64,000 bases of DNA from a virus, in IMG/VR virus record IMGVR_UViG_3300027833_000021, positions 32,001-96,000 of that record. The stretch is one strand, 5' to 3'. This document shows positions 20,504 through 30,150 of this stretch, one piece after another. Every line of letters starts with the position of its first letter. The first letter of the stretch is position 1. The notes beneath the pieces are model-generated. The model was not told the origin of the DNA, made no database searches, and saw nothing but the letters and a program-made list of their open reading frames with translations. The position numbers and the translations under genes were made by a program.

Positions 20504-21217
20504 ATGAGAGTAAATGAAATAATTGGTAGTATTGAAGAAGGTGTCGATGACCCTCATATCTTTAAAGCAGTGTTTATGGCTGGTGGACCAGGAAGTGGCA
20601 AAAGTCGTATCGCAGGTTCGCCTATTCTAAAAGGTGGTGGTCTAAGACCTATCAACTCAGATGATGTCTACGAATACAAGATGAAAAAAGCAGGATTAGA
20701 TTATGGTGACCCAGATGTTATCTATTCTGACCAAGGCCAAGAAATTCGTGGTAAAGCAAAAGAAGTTACTGCTAAAAGAGAGCAGATGTACTTAGATGGC
20801 AGATTAGGTGTTATTATTGACGGAACAGGAAGAGATGTTAATAAGATATCAACATCCGTAGAAAAACTAACACAAATGGGCTATTCATGTATGATGGTTT
20901 TTGTGAATACAAGTTTAGACATTGCACAAGAAAGAAACTTGAATAGAAAAAGAACTCTAAAGCCAGAAGAAGTCGAAAGAATGTGGAACGAGGTTCAAAA
21001 CAATATGATGAAGTTTCAACAGTTGTTTGGTAAAGGAAAGTTTCAAATCGTTGACAACAACGGTGGATTAGAAGACCCAGAAAGAAAGAAAAACTTTGAC
21101 AAAGTTCAGAAGAATGTTACTGCATTTCTAAATCGACCACCTTCAAATCCTCATGCGAAAAAATGGATGCAAAATCAAAGACGATTGAAGAATGCACAAA
21201 ATCAACAAGAAAAATAG
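20504..21217 (+). CDS. P-loop kinase (AAA_33/zeta-toxin/Pnk-like)
   Basis: Walker A GGPGSGKS, IIDGTG, ERNLNRKR lid; late promoter at 20467-20474. Confidence 0.8.
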   Translation: MRVNEIIGSIEEGVDDPHIFKAVFMAGGPGSGKSRIAGSPILKGGGLRPINSDDVYEYKMKKAGLDYGDPDVIYSDQGQEIRGKAKEVTAKREQMYLDGRLGVIIDGTGRDVNKISTSVEKLTQMGYSCMMVFVNTSLDIAQERNLNRKRTLKPEEVERMWNEVQNNMMKFQQLFGKGKFQIVDNNGGLEDPERKKNFDKVQKNVTAFLNRPPSNPHAKKWMQNQRRLKNAQNQQEK

Positions 21218-21224
21218 GTAAGCG

Positions 21225-22070
21225 ATGGTAATAGTAGATAAGTTGGCTGAATATAGAAAAGATATTGACTTAAATTTTATCAAAAAGACACACGTTCATT
21301 ATTGTACACCCTGTTACGCTGGACAAATTTCAGAACCATATTTTAGGTCATGGACTAAAGGTCACATGATGTTCACAAAATATGATATTCCATATACATT
21401 AACTACCTCAGCAAATGAGAGTTTAATATCACGTGCAAGATGTCATATGGTTGCATACTTCATGGCTAATCCAGAAGCAACACATATGATGTTTATCGAT
21501 GCAGATATTAATTTCGATGCTATGGATATATTGCATATGTTACAACATGATAAAGACATTATTGTTGGTGCATATCCGAAAAAACAATTAGACTGGGAAT
21601 CTATTAAAGACGCATCAGAAAGAGGATTAGATATAGGAACACTCAAAGATTGTGCGGCAAATTATGCCATAAATCCTGACTGGGATTATAACGAAGAAAC
21701 TGATACACGCAAATTGCATATCGAAGATGGAGTAGTACGGCTTAAAGATGCCGCAACAGGCTTCATGCTTATTAAACGAAGTGTTATAGAAAAAATGGTA
21801 GAAGCATATCCTGAAATGCACTTCAATAATGATTTACACTTTGAAGAAGAATTTGCTAAATGGACATACCTATTCTTTGATTGTATGCATGAAGAAGGTA
21901 CAAAGAGATACTTAAGTGAAGACTATGCATTTTGTAGAAGATGGCAAGCATTGGGTGGTGAAGTTTGGTTAGACCCACTTGTAAAACTAGACCATGTTGG
22001 TCATTATACATTTAATGGAAACATTGGCAAAATGTTCTATACTTCTTCTCCAAAGATAGAAGATTTATAA
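21225..22070 (+). CDS. GT-A fold glycosyltransferase-like protein
   Basis: ESLISRAR, FIDADI (DxD), TGFMLIKR, SEDYAFC. Confidence 0.8.
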   Translation: MVIVDKLAEYRKDIDLNFIKKTHVHYCTPCYAGQISEPYFRSWTKGHMMFTKYDIPYTLTTSANESLISRARCHMVAYFMANPEATHMMFIDADINFDAMDILHMLQHDKDIIVGAYPKKQLDWESIKDASERGLDIGTLKDCAANYAINPDWDYNEETDTRKLHIEDGVVRLKDAATGFMLIKRSVIEKMVEAYPEMHFNNDLHFEEEFAKWTYLFFDCMHEEGTKRYLSEDYAFCRRWQALGGEVWLDPLVKLDHVGHYTFNGNIGKMFYTSSPKIEDL

Positions 22071-22083
22071 TATAAATAGTAGC

Positions 22084-22545
22084 ATGAAAGATGCTATACA
22101 AAAATGGTTGGATGATTTTGTCACCAAACCTAATCCATTATTAAATGGATTCCCGCCTTGTCCTTATGCAAGAGCGGCAATTGTTGATTATATTGAGACT
22201 AACCATATTCGTTCAGAACTACATGATTTATTAAATAATTGGACAGATGATGTCCAAGTTGTAATCGTACACACATCTACAGATAATTACACACCAGAAC
22301 ATCTTTCCCATATAGTTGATGAGTTTAATGAAATAGCAATGAAACAAGATATTGTTGCTTTAGAAGACCATCCTAATGATGAAGAATTTGTGAATGGTGT
22401 ACATATGAACTTTGGTGAATGTATCATAGTCTTAGTACAAAGATTGAGTAAAGTAAACGAAGCAAGTACAATACTTAAGAAAAAAGGATACTATGATACA
22501 TGGAGTAAAGAAAACTTAGATGATGTCGTCAACTGGAGAGAGTGA
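22084..22545 (+). CDS. DUF1415-like protein
   Basis: N-terminal W..FV...PCPYA and DHP motifs; late promoter TATAAATA at 22071-22078. Confidence 0.6.
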   Translation: MKDAIQKWLDDFVTKPNPLLNGFPPCPYARAAIVDYIETNHIRSELHDLLNNWTDDVQVVIVHTSTDNYTPEHLSHIVDEFNEIAMKQDIVALEDHPNDEEFVNGVHMNFGECIIVLVQRLSKVNEASTILKKKGYYDTWSKENLDDVVNWRE

Positions 22546-23024
22546 TGAGTTATTCATATGCGAGGATTAATTTAGAAAAAACAAACTATAGTAAAATAGA
22601 TAATTATCAAATACTTCTTAATCCAGTTCCTAAAGAACTAGATGAGATTTACTTTACATATTGTAGGCATCATAATTTTAGTAGTGTTATGCCTATATTT
22701 GATTCTGAATACTATGATAATGATGTTATAGGATATTATGACGGAGATGTACTAGTTGCATTTTCTCTTATAACAAGATATAATGATGAGAATGCAGAGT
22801 GTTTGCAATTCGCATGGGATTATAATAAACCAAAGATGTTTTTAGGTCTTGCAAGTTTAAGAAATGAATGTGCTATGTACAAAGAATTAGGTTTTAAATA
22901 TCTTTATGTTGGTGGTGCAGATGCATATAAAAACAACATGGATGGGTTAGAAATTATGACACCCGTTTCATGGATAGATAATAGGTGGAGAATAGATGGA
23001 TTCGAAAAAGTACAAGGTAAATGA
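22545..23024 (+). CDS. Arginyl/leucyl-tRNA-protein transferase C-domain-like (ATE/Bpt) GNAT protein
   Basis: YYDGDVLVAFS...WDY..PK..LG..SL..E..MYKELGFKYLYVG resembles ATE_C; TGATG coupling. Confidence 0.6.
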   Translation: MSYSYARINLEKTNYSKIDNYQILLNPVPKELDEIYFTYCRHHNFSSVMPIFDSEYYDNDVIGYYDGDVLVAFSLITRYNDENAECLQFAWDYNKPKMFLGLASLRNECAMYKELGFKYLYVGGADAYKNNMDGLEIMTPVSWIDNRWRIDGFEKVQGK

Positions 23025-24180
23025 AGTAAACGCATGGAATGGATGGGATCCGTTAAAGCAAGTAGTTCTTGGTAATTGTTTCCCACCTGAGTTCTTCGAG
23101 GATGTGAAAGACACAAAACTCAGAGACTTATTACAACGTCTACTATATGAAACAAGAGAAGATTTACAAAATATTCAAAATACACTTGAGGGTTTAGGGG
23201 TAGAAGTAGTTCGTATGCCAGAATATGGCATGACTAATTTTCCTTTAGTGCGACATGAAAGCCCAAAGACGATAAACGAAGCCGCTGAACTAGGTATGCA
23301 AGGTGCATATAGAGACGGTAAAGTTCACGGTTTTCCTAAACCTTGTCTTACTCCACGTGATGATATTATAACTCTTGGTAATAAATGTTTGTTTACTAGT
23401 AATCTATTAGACAATGTTATAGAGGATGGTGAGATATTTAATCCTGACCACTTAGATTTGTTTAGTCAAAAAGAATGGAATTTATACAGACAAGGTAAAG
23501 TATTAAAAGGACCATTAAATCCTACACCTCATTTAATAAAAGATGCTACTGAACAAAGAAGATTTGATGCATCATTCCAGTTTTGGGCACCACTCATACA
23601 TAGGGTTGGCGACAGACTTGTTGTAGACCAACAAGATTGGGCAAATCTATCTGATGTAATATTGAAAAGATATCCACAATTCACAGCGGCAAATATTGCA
23701 GTTGGTGGACACACAGATGGTTCAATGAATTTACCAAAACCTGGACTTGTTATATGTGGTGATTGGATGGGACCAGAAGACTTTAAACATACATTGCCTG
23801 GATGGGATGTATTGAGAATAGAACATCCAAATCAGACAAAAAGTGAGTTTGGAAGTTGGGCTGATGAGAAACATATCACACAGGGAAGATGGTGGACACC
23901 AGAAGCAAAATCTAATCCTGAACTTGTAGATTTTGTAGACAATTGGTTAACTAATTGGGTAGGTTATGCAGAAGAAAGCATATTTGAAGTAAATATGTTA
24001 TCTGTAAATCCAGAAACGATATTAAGTTTGAACTATCAACCAGAAGTACATAACGCACTGAAAAAACACGGAATAGAACCAATCTATTGTAGATTTAGAC
24101 ACAGAAACTTTTGGGATGGTGGATTACACTGTTTAACAGTTGATACAGTAAGAGAGGGCGGAATACAGTCATATTTTTAG
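22996..24180 (+). CDS. Amidinotransferase (glycine/inosamine-phosphate amidinotransferase family)
   Basis: WDPLKQVVLG, PRD, GHTDG, GGLHCLT. Confidence 0.85.
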   Translation: MDSKKYKVNEVNAWNGWDPLKQVVLGNCFPPEFFEDVKDTKLRDLLQRLLYETREDLQNIQNTLEGLGVEVVRMPEYGMTNFPLVRHESPKTINEAAELGMQGAYRDGKVHGFPKPCLTPRDDIITLGNKCLFTSNLLDNVIEDGEIFNPDHLDLFSQKEWNLYRQGKVLKGPLNPTPHLIKDATEQRRFDASFQFWAPLIHRVGDRLVVDQQDWANLSDVILKRYPQFTAANIAVGGHTDGSMNLPKPGLVICGDWMGPEDFKHTLPGWDVLRIEHPNQTKSEFGSWADEKHITQGRWWTPEAKSNPELVDFVDNWLTNWVGYAEESIFEVNMLSVNPETILSLNYQPEVHNALKKHGIEPIYCRFRHRNFWDGGLHCLTVDTVREGGIQSYF

Positions 24181-24190
24181 TAATTTGCTA

Positions 24191-24219
24191 TTGCATAATG
24201 ATTAAAAGTGTGTTATACT
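24191..24219 (+). promoter_or_regulatory. Sigma70-type promoter TTGCAT-17-TATACT
   Basis: Consensus spacing, upstream of yggX. Confidence 0.65.
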
Positions 24220-24248
24220 TATTAGATGATTATTATGGAGAATACTGA

Positions 24249-24509
24249 ATGAGTATGGTTTATTGTACAAAATATGGCAAAGAATTGCCTGCCCTAACAA
24301 CTGCACCTTTTCCTGGCGAAGCAGGTGAAAAAATCTTAAATGAAATCTCAGCACAAGCATGGTTTGAATGGCTTGAGATGCAGACTATGTTTATCAACGA
24401 AAATCAATTAAACATGATGGACCCACAGGCTAGAGAGTTTCTAGCAGAACGAAGAGATGAATTTCTTTTCGAAGGTGGTGATATTATTGAACCGCCAGAG
24501 CCTATCTAA
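24249..24509 (+). CDS. yggX: Fe(II)-trafficking/oxidative damage protection protein YggX
   Basis: VYCTKYGKE..PFPGEAG..IS..AW..W...QTM.INE..LNMMDP.AR.FL. Confidence 0.9.
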   Translation: MSMVYCTKYGKELPALTTAPFPGEAGEKILNEISAQAWFEWLEMQTMFINENQLNMMDPQAREFLAERRDEFLFEGGDIIEPPEPI

Positions 24510-24904
24510 TGAAAGAGTTGACTTATCAACTTCATGCGGCAGATGTTCCATTGAATATGCATGGAAGCGTAACGGGTGCATGGTTGTTTGATGTACTAGA
24601 TAGAGCGGCACTTGTTTGGATTAATGAAAACATTACCAACAAAATCAAAGGTGTCTCCGTAGCAACACATACTGCCGATGTAAAGTATCATCAGAGAGTT
24701 TTACAATATGGTTTTGTTTCGGCATATGCTGAATGTATCAGTGTTACTCCTGGTAAGATTACAATTGATGTTGATTTATACAATAGAACACAAGATGAAG
24801 CGGAAGGCGAATTAGCCGTTTCTGGCACATTAGCATTTAGTATGATAGATAATGCTACTTATAGATTAAAAAAAATACCAAGAGAATTCTTAAGTATTAA
24901 ATAG
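24509..24904 (+). CDS. Hotdog-fold acyl-CoA thioesterase (YciA-like)
   Basis: N.HGSVTGAWL...D.AA motif. Confidence 0.75.
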   Translation: MKELTYQLHAADVPLNMHGSVTGAWLFDVLDRAALVWINENITNKIKGVSVATHTADVKYHQRVLQYGFVSAYAECISVTPGKITIDVDLYNRTQDEAEGELAVSGTLAFSMIDNATYRLKKIPREFLSIK

Positions 24905-24912
24905 GAGAATAC

Positions 24913-25815
24913 ATGCAAACAAATGGCAAAGTGCTTGTCACTGGCGGAGCGGGATTTATAGGAACTGAATTAGTACAACAGTTACACAATAAAGGTTATG
25001 AAATAACCATCTTGGATAAACAAGAAAAACCAATCGGTCTAGACCATGTGAAATATATTCAAGGTGATTTGTCAAGTCCTGCAAGATGTGTTATGGCATG
25101 TGCTGGTCAAGATTATGTTATTCATTTGGCAGCCAAAGCCAGAATACCAGAGAGTTTTATTAATCCAGATGCATACTTTGATGCAAATGTAACGGGTACA
25201 AGAAACATCTTAACAGCCGCAAGTGCGGTAGGTATTAGAAAATTTGTGTATGCGGGTTCTAGTTCAGTATATGGAAACAATGTTGCACCTAACAAACCAA
25301 CTCATAAACCAGACCCACTAAATTATTACGCAATGTCAAAGTTATTTGGCGAACATCTATGTAAGCAATACAAAATTATGTTTGATTTGAACTATAACAT
25401 TATGCGTTTCTTTACAGTATACTCTAAAAATCAACCTACTTCTCTTATGTTTGGAAAGTTTGCCCAACTTGTTAAAGAAGGTAAACCAGTCACTATCCAT
25501 GGTGATGGAGAAATGAGAAGAGATTACATACATATTTCTGACGTAGCATCAGCACTTATTGCCAGCATAGAAAGTAAAGTTAAGAACGATACATTCAATG
25601 TAGGAACTGGTAACAATATATCAGTTAATGCAGTTGTTGATATATTAAGAGAATATGCACCAGAATTAGAAGCAATTAACGTAGAAAAACCAAAAGGATA
25701 TGCACCAGAAACATTAGCAGATATTAGCAAGACTAAAAATCTACTACAATGGTCTCCAGATACTTTAATAGTTCCTGGACTAAATGAGATGTTTAAGACT
25801 ATATTTAAGAAATGA
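24913..25815 (+). CDS. NAD-dependent epimerase/dehydratase
   Basis: TGGAGFIG, HLAA, SSSVYG, YAMSK, RDYIHISD. Confidence 0.92.
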   Translation: MQTNGKVLVTGGAGFIGTELVQQLHNKGYEITILDKQEKPIGLDHVKYIQGDLSSPARCVMACAGQDYVIHLAAKARIPESFINPDAYFDANVTGTRNILTAASAVGIRKFVYAGSSSVYGNNVAPNKPTHKPDPLNYYAMSKLFGEHLCKQYKIMFDLNYNIMRFFTVYSKNQPTSLMFGKFAQLVKEGKPVTIHGDGEMRRDYIHISDVASALIASIESKVKNDTFNVGTGNNISVNAVVDILREYAPELEAINVEKPKGYAPETLADISKTKNLLQWSPDTLIVPGLNEMFKTIFKK

Positions 25816-26801
25816 TAAGTATTGTACAATTTTCAAGTAAAGCCGGAGCGGCAAGTAATTACATTGCTAAACAATGTATGTGGGCAGGAGTCGTAGATAA
25901 GAGAATTGACAGAGAACCAAATAAAAAAGTCAATGAATATACTATTCCAAGAACTAAAATAGGAAATCATTTTGAAAATAGACATGAACTCTGGAAGATG
26001 AAATGTGACGATGAAGAACTATTACAAAAGACAAGTGTAATTAAACCAAAATTAATGGAATTACATTACTGGTGCAAAGATAATAAACCTGAAACATTAC
26101 TGAATTCTGCTAATGCAAAAGAAATAGCACAGCGAATGGAACACAATAGACGACAAGTAATTGAAAAACTTGATATTATGTGGAAAGACGAATGGTGTAT
26201 GGCTTATTCTGCTTTTTGGAACTGGGAAGATTGGGGTAGATTATCAGGAAAGTCAGTTGTACTATCTGAATATGTACTAGACCTGATAGAAGATGTTCAG
26301 CAGTATTTCGTAGATTGCAAATTGTATTATTGGAAAGTTTGTGAACAAAAAGGTTGGAATATTCTTAGTATTTCACATCAGCATACATACGTAGAAACAC
26401 CAGGACTTATATTGCCTGATAATTTTGTACACGGATATCTTAGATGCGATATCGCTTCAAGCAAATATATAGATACTTTATTAGAAATAAAGCGTGGCGT
26501 AACAGTTACATCTGAGTATTTGAATAAAATACTAAGTTCAGATATAGATAAAGACCATGACCCAACATGGGGTGTGTCAAAATGGACAGAAGAATTATCA
26601 CATGAAATATTTGACTATAGAAAGATATTCATAGATAACGATAGCAATGAGATACAGCGGTTGTATGACTTCTTTCTTAATTTAGAATACTTTGAAGAAC
26701 ACAAAGAAAGAATTCTACAAGAGTTCTTTGATTATAATGATAAAAATATGAAACTTATGAAATCATTAGCATTGCCAATGTATGAAGAAGTGAATAAATA
26801 A
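25812..26801 (+). CDS. Hypothetical protein
   Basis: Long ORF with ATGA overlap. Confidence 0.7.
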   Translation: MISIVQFSSKAGAASNYIAKQCMWAGVVDKRIDREPNKKVNEYTIPRTKIGNHFENRHELWKMKCDDEELLQKTSVIKPKLMELHYWCKDNKPETLLNSANAKEIAQRMEHNRRQVIEKLDIMWKDEWCMAYSAFWNWEDWGRLSGKSVVLSEYVLDLIEDVQQYFVDCKLYYWKVCEQKGWNILSISHQHTYVETPGLILPDNFVHGYLRCDIASSKYIDTLLEIKRGVTVTSEYLNKILSSDIDKDHDPTWGVSKWTEELSHEIFDYRKIFIDNDSNEIQRLYDFFLNLEYFEEHKERILQEFFDYNDKNMKLMKSLALPMYEEVNK

Positions 26802-26833
26802 AATATATAGTTAAGGAATAACAAGGAATTATA

Positions 26834-27262
26834 ATGAAATTAGTAGATAAAACAAATAAGATATTAAAGACTGTCTGCGATGAACATATCATTTCAGAAC
26901 ATTCTGAAAAAATGGCATATGATATGATTTTAGTAATGCAAGAGCATGATGCAATTGGACTTGCCGCACCACAAGTCGGTGAGAATACAGCATTGATGAT
27001 AATTGGTCATAAAGACAATGGTTATGTTGTTTGTTCAAATCCAACGTGGGAAGAAGCAGAAGATAGTGAAGATGAAGAATTCTTAGAAGGATGTGTTAGT
27101 TTTCCTGGATTAGAATTAAAAATCACTAGACCTAATAAGATATTGGGTACATTTACAAATTTAGCAGGAGAAAGAAAAACATCAATGTTCGTAGGAGTAT
27201 GGGCTCAAGCATTTCAACATGAGTGTGACCATCTAAATGGCATTACATTTGATACTCTATAA
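26834..27262 (+). CDS. def: Peptide deformylase
   Basis: GLAAPQVG, EGCVS, QHECDHLNG. Confidence 0.95.
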   Translation: MKLVDKTNKILKTVCDEHIISEHSEKMAYDMILVMQEHDAIGLAAPQVGENTALMIIGHKDNGYVVCSNPTWEEAEDSEDEEFLEGCVSFPGLELKITRPNKILGTFTNLAGERKTSMFVGVWAQAFQHECDHLNGITFDTL

Positions 27263-28185
27263 TGAATTTTTCTGAATATACATTAATCAGTCTAGGTGAT
27301 AGTTTTACATTTGGGCAAGATACTATTCCTGACCCAAAACACCTTCCAGGTGAAGATTCTCCAACTTTTGGTAGACGATGGAAGAAAGCATGTAATAAAC
27401 TTTCTTTTACTAACCGTCTTACTGAAAGAATGGAGTTCAAATATAACGTGAACTTTGGAATAATGGGTGGGTGTAATGAAAACTCTCTCACAATATTAGA
27501 ATCATTTTTACGAAGCAATCCAGGTATGAAGATATTTGTGTTGTTTAATTTTACTAGTTCTGGTAGAATGATGAATTTCTTTCAACTGCCAGGACAGAAA
27601 GTGTATCACAAACGAAATGTAGTACCACATCATGCAGTCGAAGTTGACACATTAATAAATTACGGTATTAATTCAAAAGATGTTGCTGACTATTATACTT
27701 TGTGGAATAATTCCATACAAGAGATATACAATCATATAGGATATAGAAGAAGATTACAGCACATTTTATCTTTTTATAAAACCCCATACATATCATTTGA
27801 TATTGCTAATAATACTGACTATCTAATAAATAGAGATAATCCTTTACGATATATAGGACCAAAACATCAACACAGTATTGATGGTCATTTCTTTGATGAT
27901 ATGTATGACGATGATAGGTTTAATTTTCCAGAATTTGATTATGTAAAGTCTTACATTGATAATGTAATAAATGAAGTTCCGCCACTTACTAATCATATAA
28001 CAATGCGTGATATGAATGGTAGTCGTAACCTTATAGAATACATGGCTCTTAAAGCAATTTCTGAGGGTAGAAAAAAGGATTACTATTATGCAAAAAGAAT
28101 TGCTGATGGTGGACATTGGACAGAAGACGGACATCTCGTAGTAACAGATTTACTACAAAAAAAGATATATGAGAGATACAATTAG
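27262..28185 (+). CDS. SGNH/GDSL-like hydrolase
   Basis: GDSFTFG at the N-terminus; GHW..GH at the C-terminus. Confidence 0.65.
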   Translation: MNFSEYTLISLGDSFTFGQDTIPDPKHLPGEDSPTFGRRWKKACNKLSFTNRLTERMEFKYNVNFGIMGGCNENSLTILESFLRSNPGMKIFVLFNFTSSGRMMNFFQLPGQKVYHKRNVVPHHAVEVDTLINYGINSKDVADYYTLWNNSIQEIYNHIGYRRRLQHILSFYKTPYISFDIANNTDYLINRDNPLRYIGPKHQHSIDGHFFDDMYDDDRFNFPEFDYVKSYIDNVINEVPPLTNHITMRDMNGSRNLIEYMALKAISEGRKKDYYYAKRIADGGHWTEDGHLVVTDLLQKKIYERYN

Positions 28186-28198
28186 AAAGGAGTAAAAT

Positions 28199-28357
28199 AT
28201 GAAATTCTTAACAAGTAGATTAAAAGAAAAAGCCTCACACGGCGGACTAGGTTTGGTCGCAGTGGGTTTAGTGATTCTTTTTCTAGGTAGTTGGGTAAAT
28301 ATAGCCGCTTATGCCGCTATTGCCTTCGGTGCATATCAAGTACTAACTAAAGGCTAA
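28199..28357 (+). CDS. Small two-TM membrane protein (52 aa, MKFLTSRLKEKASHGGLGL...)
   Basis: Read manually; strong AAAGGAG RBS; hydrophobic. Confidence 0.75.
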   Translation: MKFLTSRLKEKASHGGLGLVAVGLVILFLGSWVNIAAYAAIAFGAYQVLTKG

Positions 28358-28371
28358 AACTCTAAAAATAG

Positions 28372-28419
28372 TTGACAATTACGCCAGTTTGGGTTATAAT
28401 ATATCTAACTGGCGTAATT
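28372..28419 (+). promoter_or_regulatory. Consensus promoter TTGACA-17-TATAAT with a 13-bp inverted repeat flanking the -10 box
   Basis: AATTACGCCAGTT (28377-28389) / AACTGGCGTAATT (28407-28419). Confidence 0.85.
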
Positions 28420-28433
28420 TATGGAATAGAGTC

Positions 28434-28586
28434 GTGGCAAAGAAGAAGAGTAAGAAGAAAAAATTAAAAATTAATAAAAGAAATCCTGTTGCAAAAGCAC
28501 TTCGAACTCCTAAATTTAGAAGCCGAGTAGAGATAGATAGAAAAAGAGAGATGAAAAGTACAGGAAAGTATTTAGATGAGGAATAG
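28434..28586 (+). CDS. ArfA-like small basic protein
   Basis: GTG start; [19 protein letters not shown] resembles ArfA (N.I.ALL..PLFRQRVE). Confidence 0.55.
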   Translation: MAKKKSKKKKLKINKRNPVAKALRTPKFRSRVEIDRKREMKSTGKYLDEE

Positions 28587-28591
28587 ATGAG

Positions 28592-28936
28592 ATGGCGTAT
28601 GTAGTAACACAAGATTGTATTAAATGTAAGTACACGGATTGCGTAGAAGTGTGTCCAGTGGATTGTTTTTACGAGGGCGAAGACTTTCTAGTAATAAACC
28701 CAGATGAATGTATTGACTGTGGAGTTTGTGAGCCAGAATGTCCAGCAGATGCTATTATAGCCGACAATAATCCATTGTTTACTCAACGTCTTTTGGATAT
28801 AAACGACAAGATGTCTCAGATATGGCCGGTAATTGTAGAACAGATAGACCCATTGCCAGATGCAGACAAATATAATCCTAAAAAGGGTTATACAGAAGAT
28901 AAAACACCATTATTAGATAAGTTTGATAAAGAGTAG
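28592..28936 (+). CDS. fdxA: 7Fe ferredoxin
   Basis: [21 protein letters not shown]...[12 protein letters not shown]. Confidence 0.95.
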   Translation: MAYVVTQDCIKCKYTDCVEVCPVDCFYEGEDFLVINPDECIDCGVCEPECPADAIIADNNPLFTQRLLDINDKMSQIWPVIVEQIDPLPDADKYNPKKGYTEDKTPLLDKFDKE

Positions 28937-28950
28937 AGGAATACAATACA

Positions 28951-29457
28951 TTGATGAAAACATTTAAGACACGACTTGATGACTTTTTTCATTGGGTTAA
29001 GGGAACTGAACTTGTAGAACTAACAGATATTGATGTCAGTGAAGACCCAGTAAGACCAGGTTTAGATTTAGAGTTTAGAACAAGTTATGGTCGCAAGATA
29101 TATGGGTTGAAATACGAGAATAATATAGAAGGTATCATTTGTATAGCATATTGTAATGATGTACCCGAATCAGAAAGAGAATTAGACTTGATAAGTCAAA
29201 ATGCACATTACAAAGAAGAATTCAATACAGCAGTAGCATATACGGTCTGGAGTCGCAAGAGAGGGGCTGGTAAAGAGATTATGACGAAACTAAAGGATTA
29301 CTTGATTGCTAATACAAATGTCAAAAGAGTAGTCACATTATCACCATTAACCCCTATGGCAACCCATTTTCACATCAGAAATGGTGCAAAATTGATTAAT
29401 ATTAACGCTACCACACAAAATTTCGAATATAAACTTAAAAAAACGGCAAAAACTTGA
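28951..29457 (+). CDS. Conserved phage protein, GNAT-like
   Basis: YTVWS.KRGAG...VTLSP.T.MA..FH..NGA. Confidence 0.7.
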   Translation: MMKTFKTRLDDFFHWVKGTELVELTDIDVSEDPVRPGLDLEFRTSYGRKIYGLKYENNIEGIICIAYCNDVPESERELDLISQNAHYKEEFNTAVAYTVWSRKRGAGKEIMTKLKDYLIANTNVKRVVTLSPLTPMATHFHIRNGAKLININATTQNFEYKLKKTAKT

Positions 29458-29481
29458 CAAAAGCGGAGTTTGTGCTATAAT
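29454..29481 (+). promoter_or_regulatory. Promoter TTGACA-16-TATAAT
   Basis: Consensus hexamers. Confidence 0.8.
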
Positions 29482-29512
29482 AATTAAGAATCAACAACTA
29501 AAGGAAGTAAAA

Positions 29513-30031
29513 ATGAAAAATATAGTAACTATAATTGCATTAGCAGTGAGTATGTTTTCAGTTAGTGCAATGGCTTCGGCTTCAACAGCAACAATTGATG
29601 GTACTGTTATATCAAGTACTCCTATCATGCAAGAAGTAATTAGAAATAATCCAACGCAATCTTGTAACATCATAGAAGTTCCTGTTTACGGCAATACTAA
29701 AGGCACTGCCGGTGATGCAATCGCAGGCGCACTTATTGGTGGTATTCTAGGTAATCAAGTTGGTAAAGGCTCTGGTAAAGATGCCGCTACTATCTTCGGT
29801 GCTATTCTTGGTGCGAAAGCAGGTGAGAACAACGGTGGTAAAAAAGTTATCGTTGGCTACAAACAAGTAGAACAATGTGAAGTAAGATATGTACAAGTGA
29901 GAGAATCAGTGGTATCTGGTTATGAAACATCTGTCGAGTTGTACGGTGAACTTATTCATACTTTCACTACTAAAAGACAGTACAGCACAGGTTCTATTGT
30001 ACCAGTCAGAATGACGTTATCATTGAATTAA
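29513..30031 (+). CDS. Glycine-zipper 2TM exported protein (YcfJ-like)
   Basis: Signal peptide; GALIGGILGNQVGKGSGKDAAT..GAILG. Confidence 0.85.
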   Translation: MKNIVTIIALAVSMFSVSAMASASTATIDGTVISSTPIMQEVIRNNPTQSCNIIEVPVYGNTKGTAGDAIAGALIGGILGNQVGKGSGKDAATIFGAILGAKAGENNGGKKVIVGYKQVEQCEVRYVQVRESVVSGYETSVELYGELIHTFTTKRQYSTGSIVPVRMTLSLN

Positions 30032-30098
30032 GTACACACTTATTATAACTGATGATGTAATTTCTCTATAATATCTCATAAATACATATGAGAGAAAC

Positions 30099-30124
30099 AA
30101 AAGCCTCTTTTTAGAGGCTTTTTT
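30099..30124 (+). terminator. Terminator-like hairpin
   Basis: AAAGCCTC-TTTTTA-GAGGCTTT followed by a T-tract. Confidence 0.75.
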
Positions 30125-30150
30125 ATTACATTATAGAGGAGGTATTTATT

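Noticed and set aside
20504-21217. Epsilon/zeta toxin-antitoxin system
   Set aside because: No adjacent antitoxin; the late promoter and N-terminal tag fit a virion-associated kinase better
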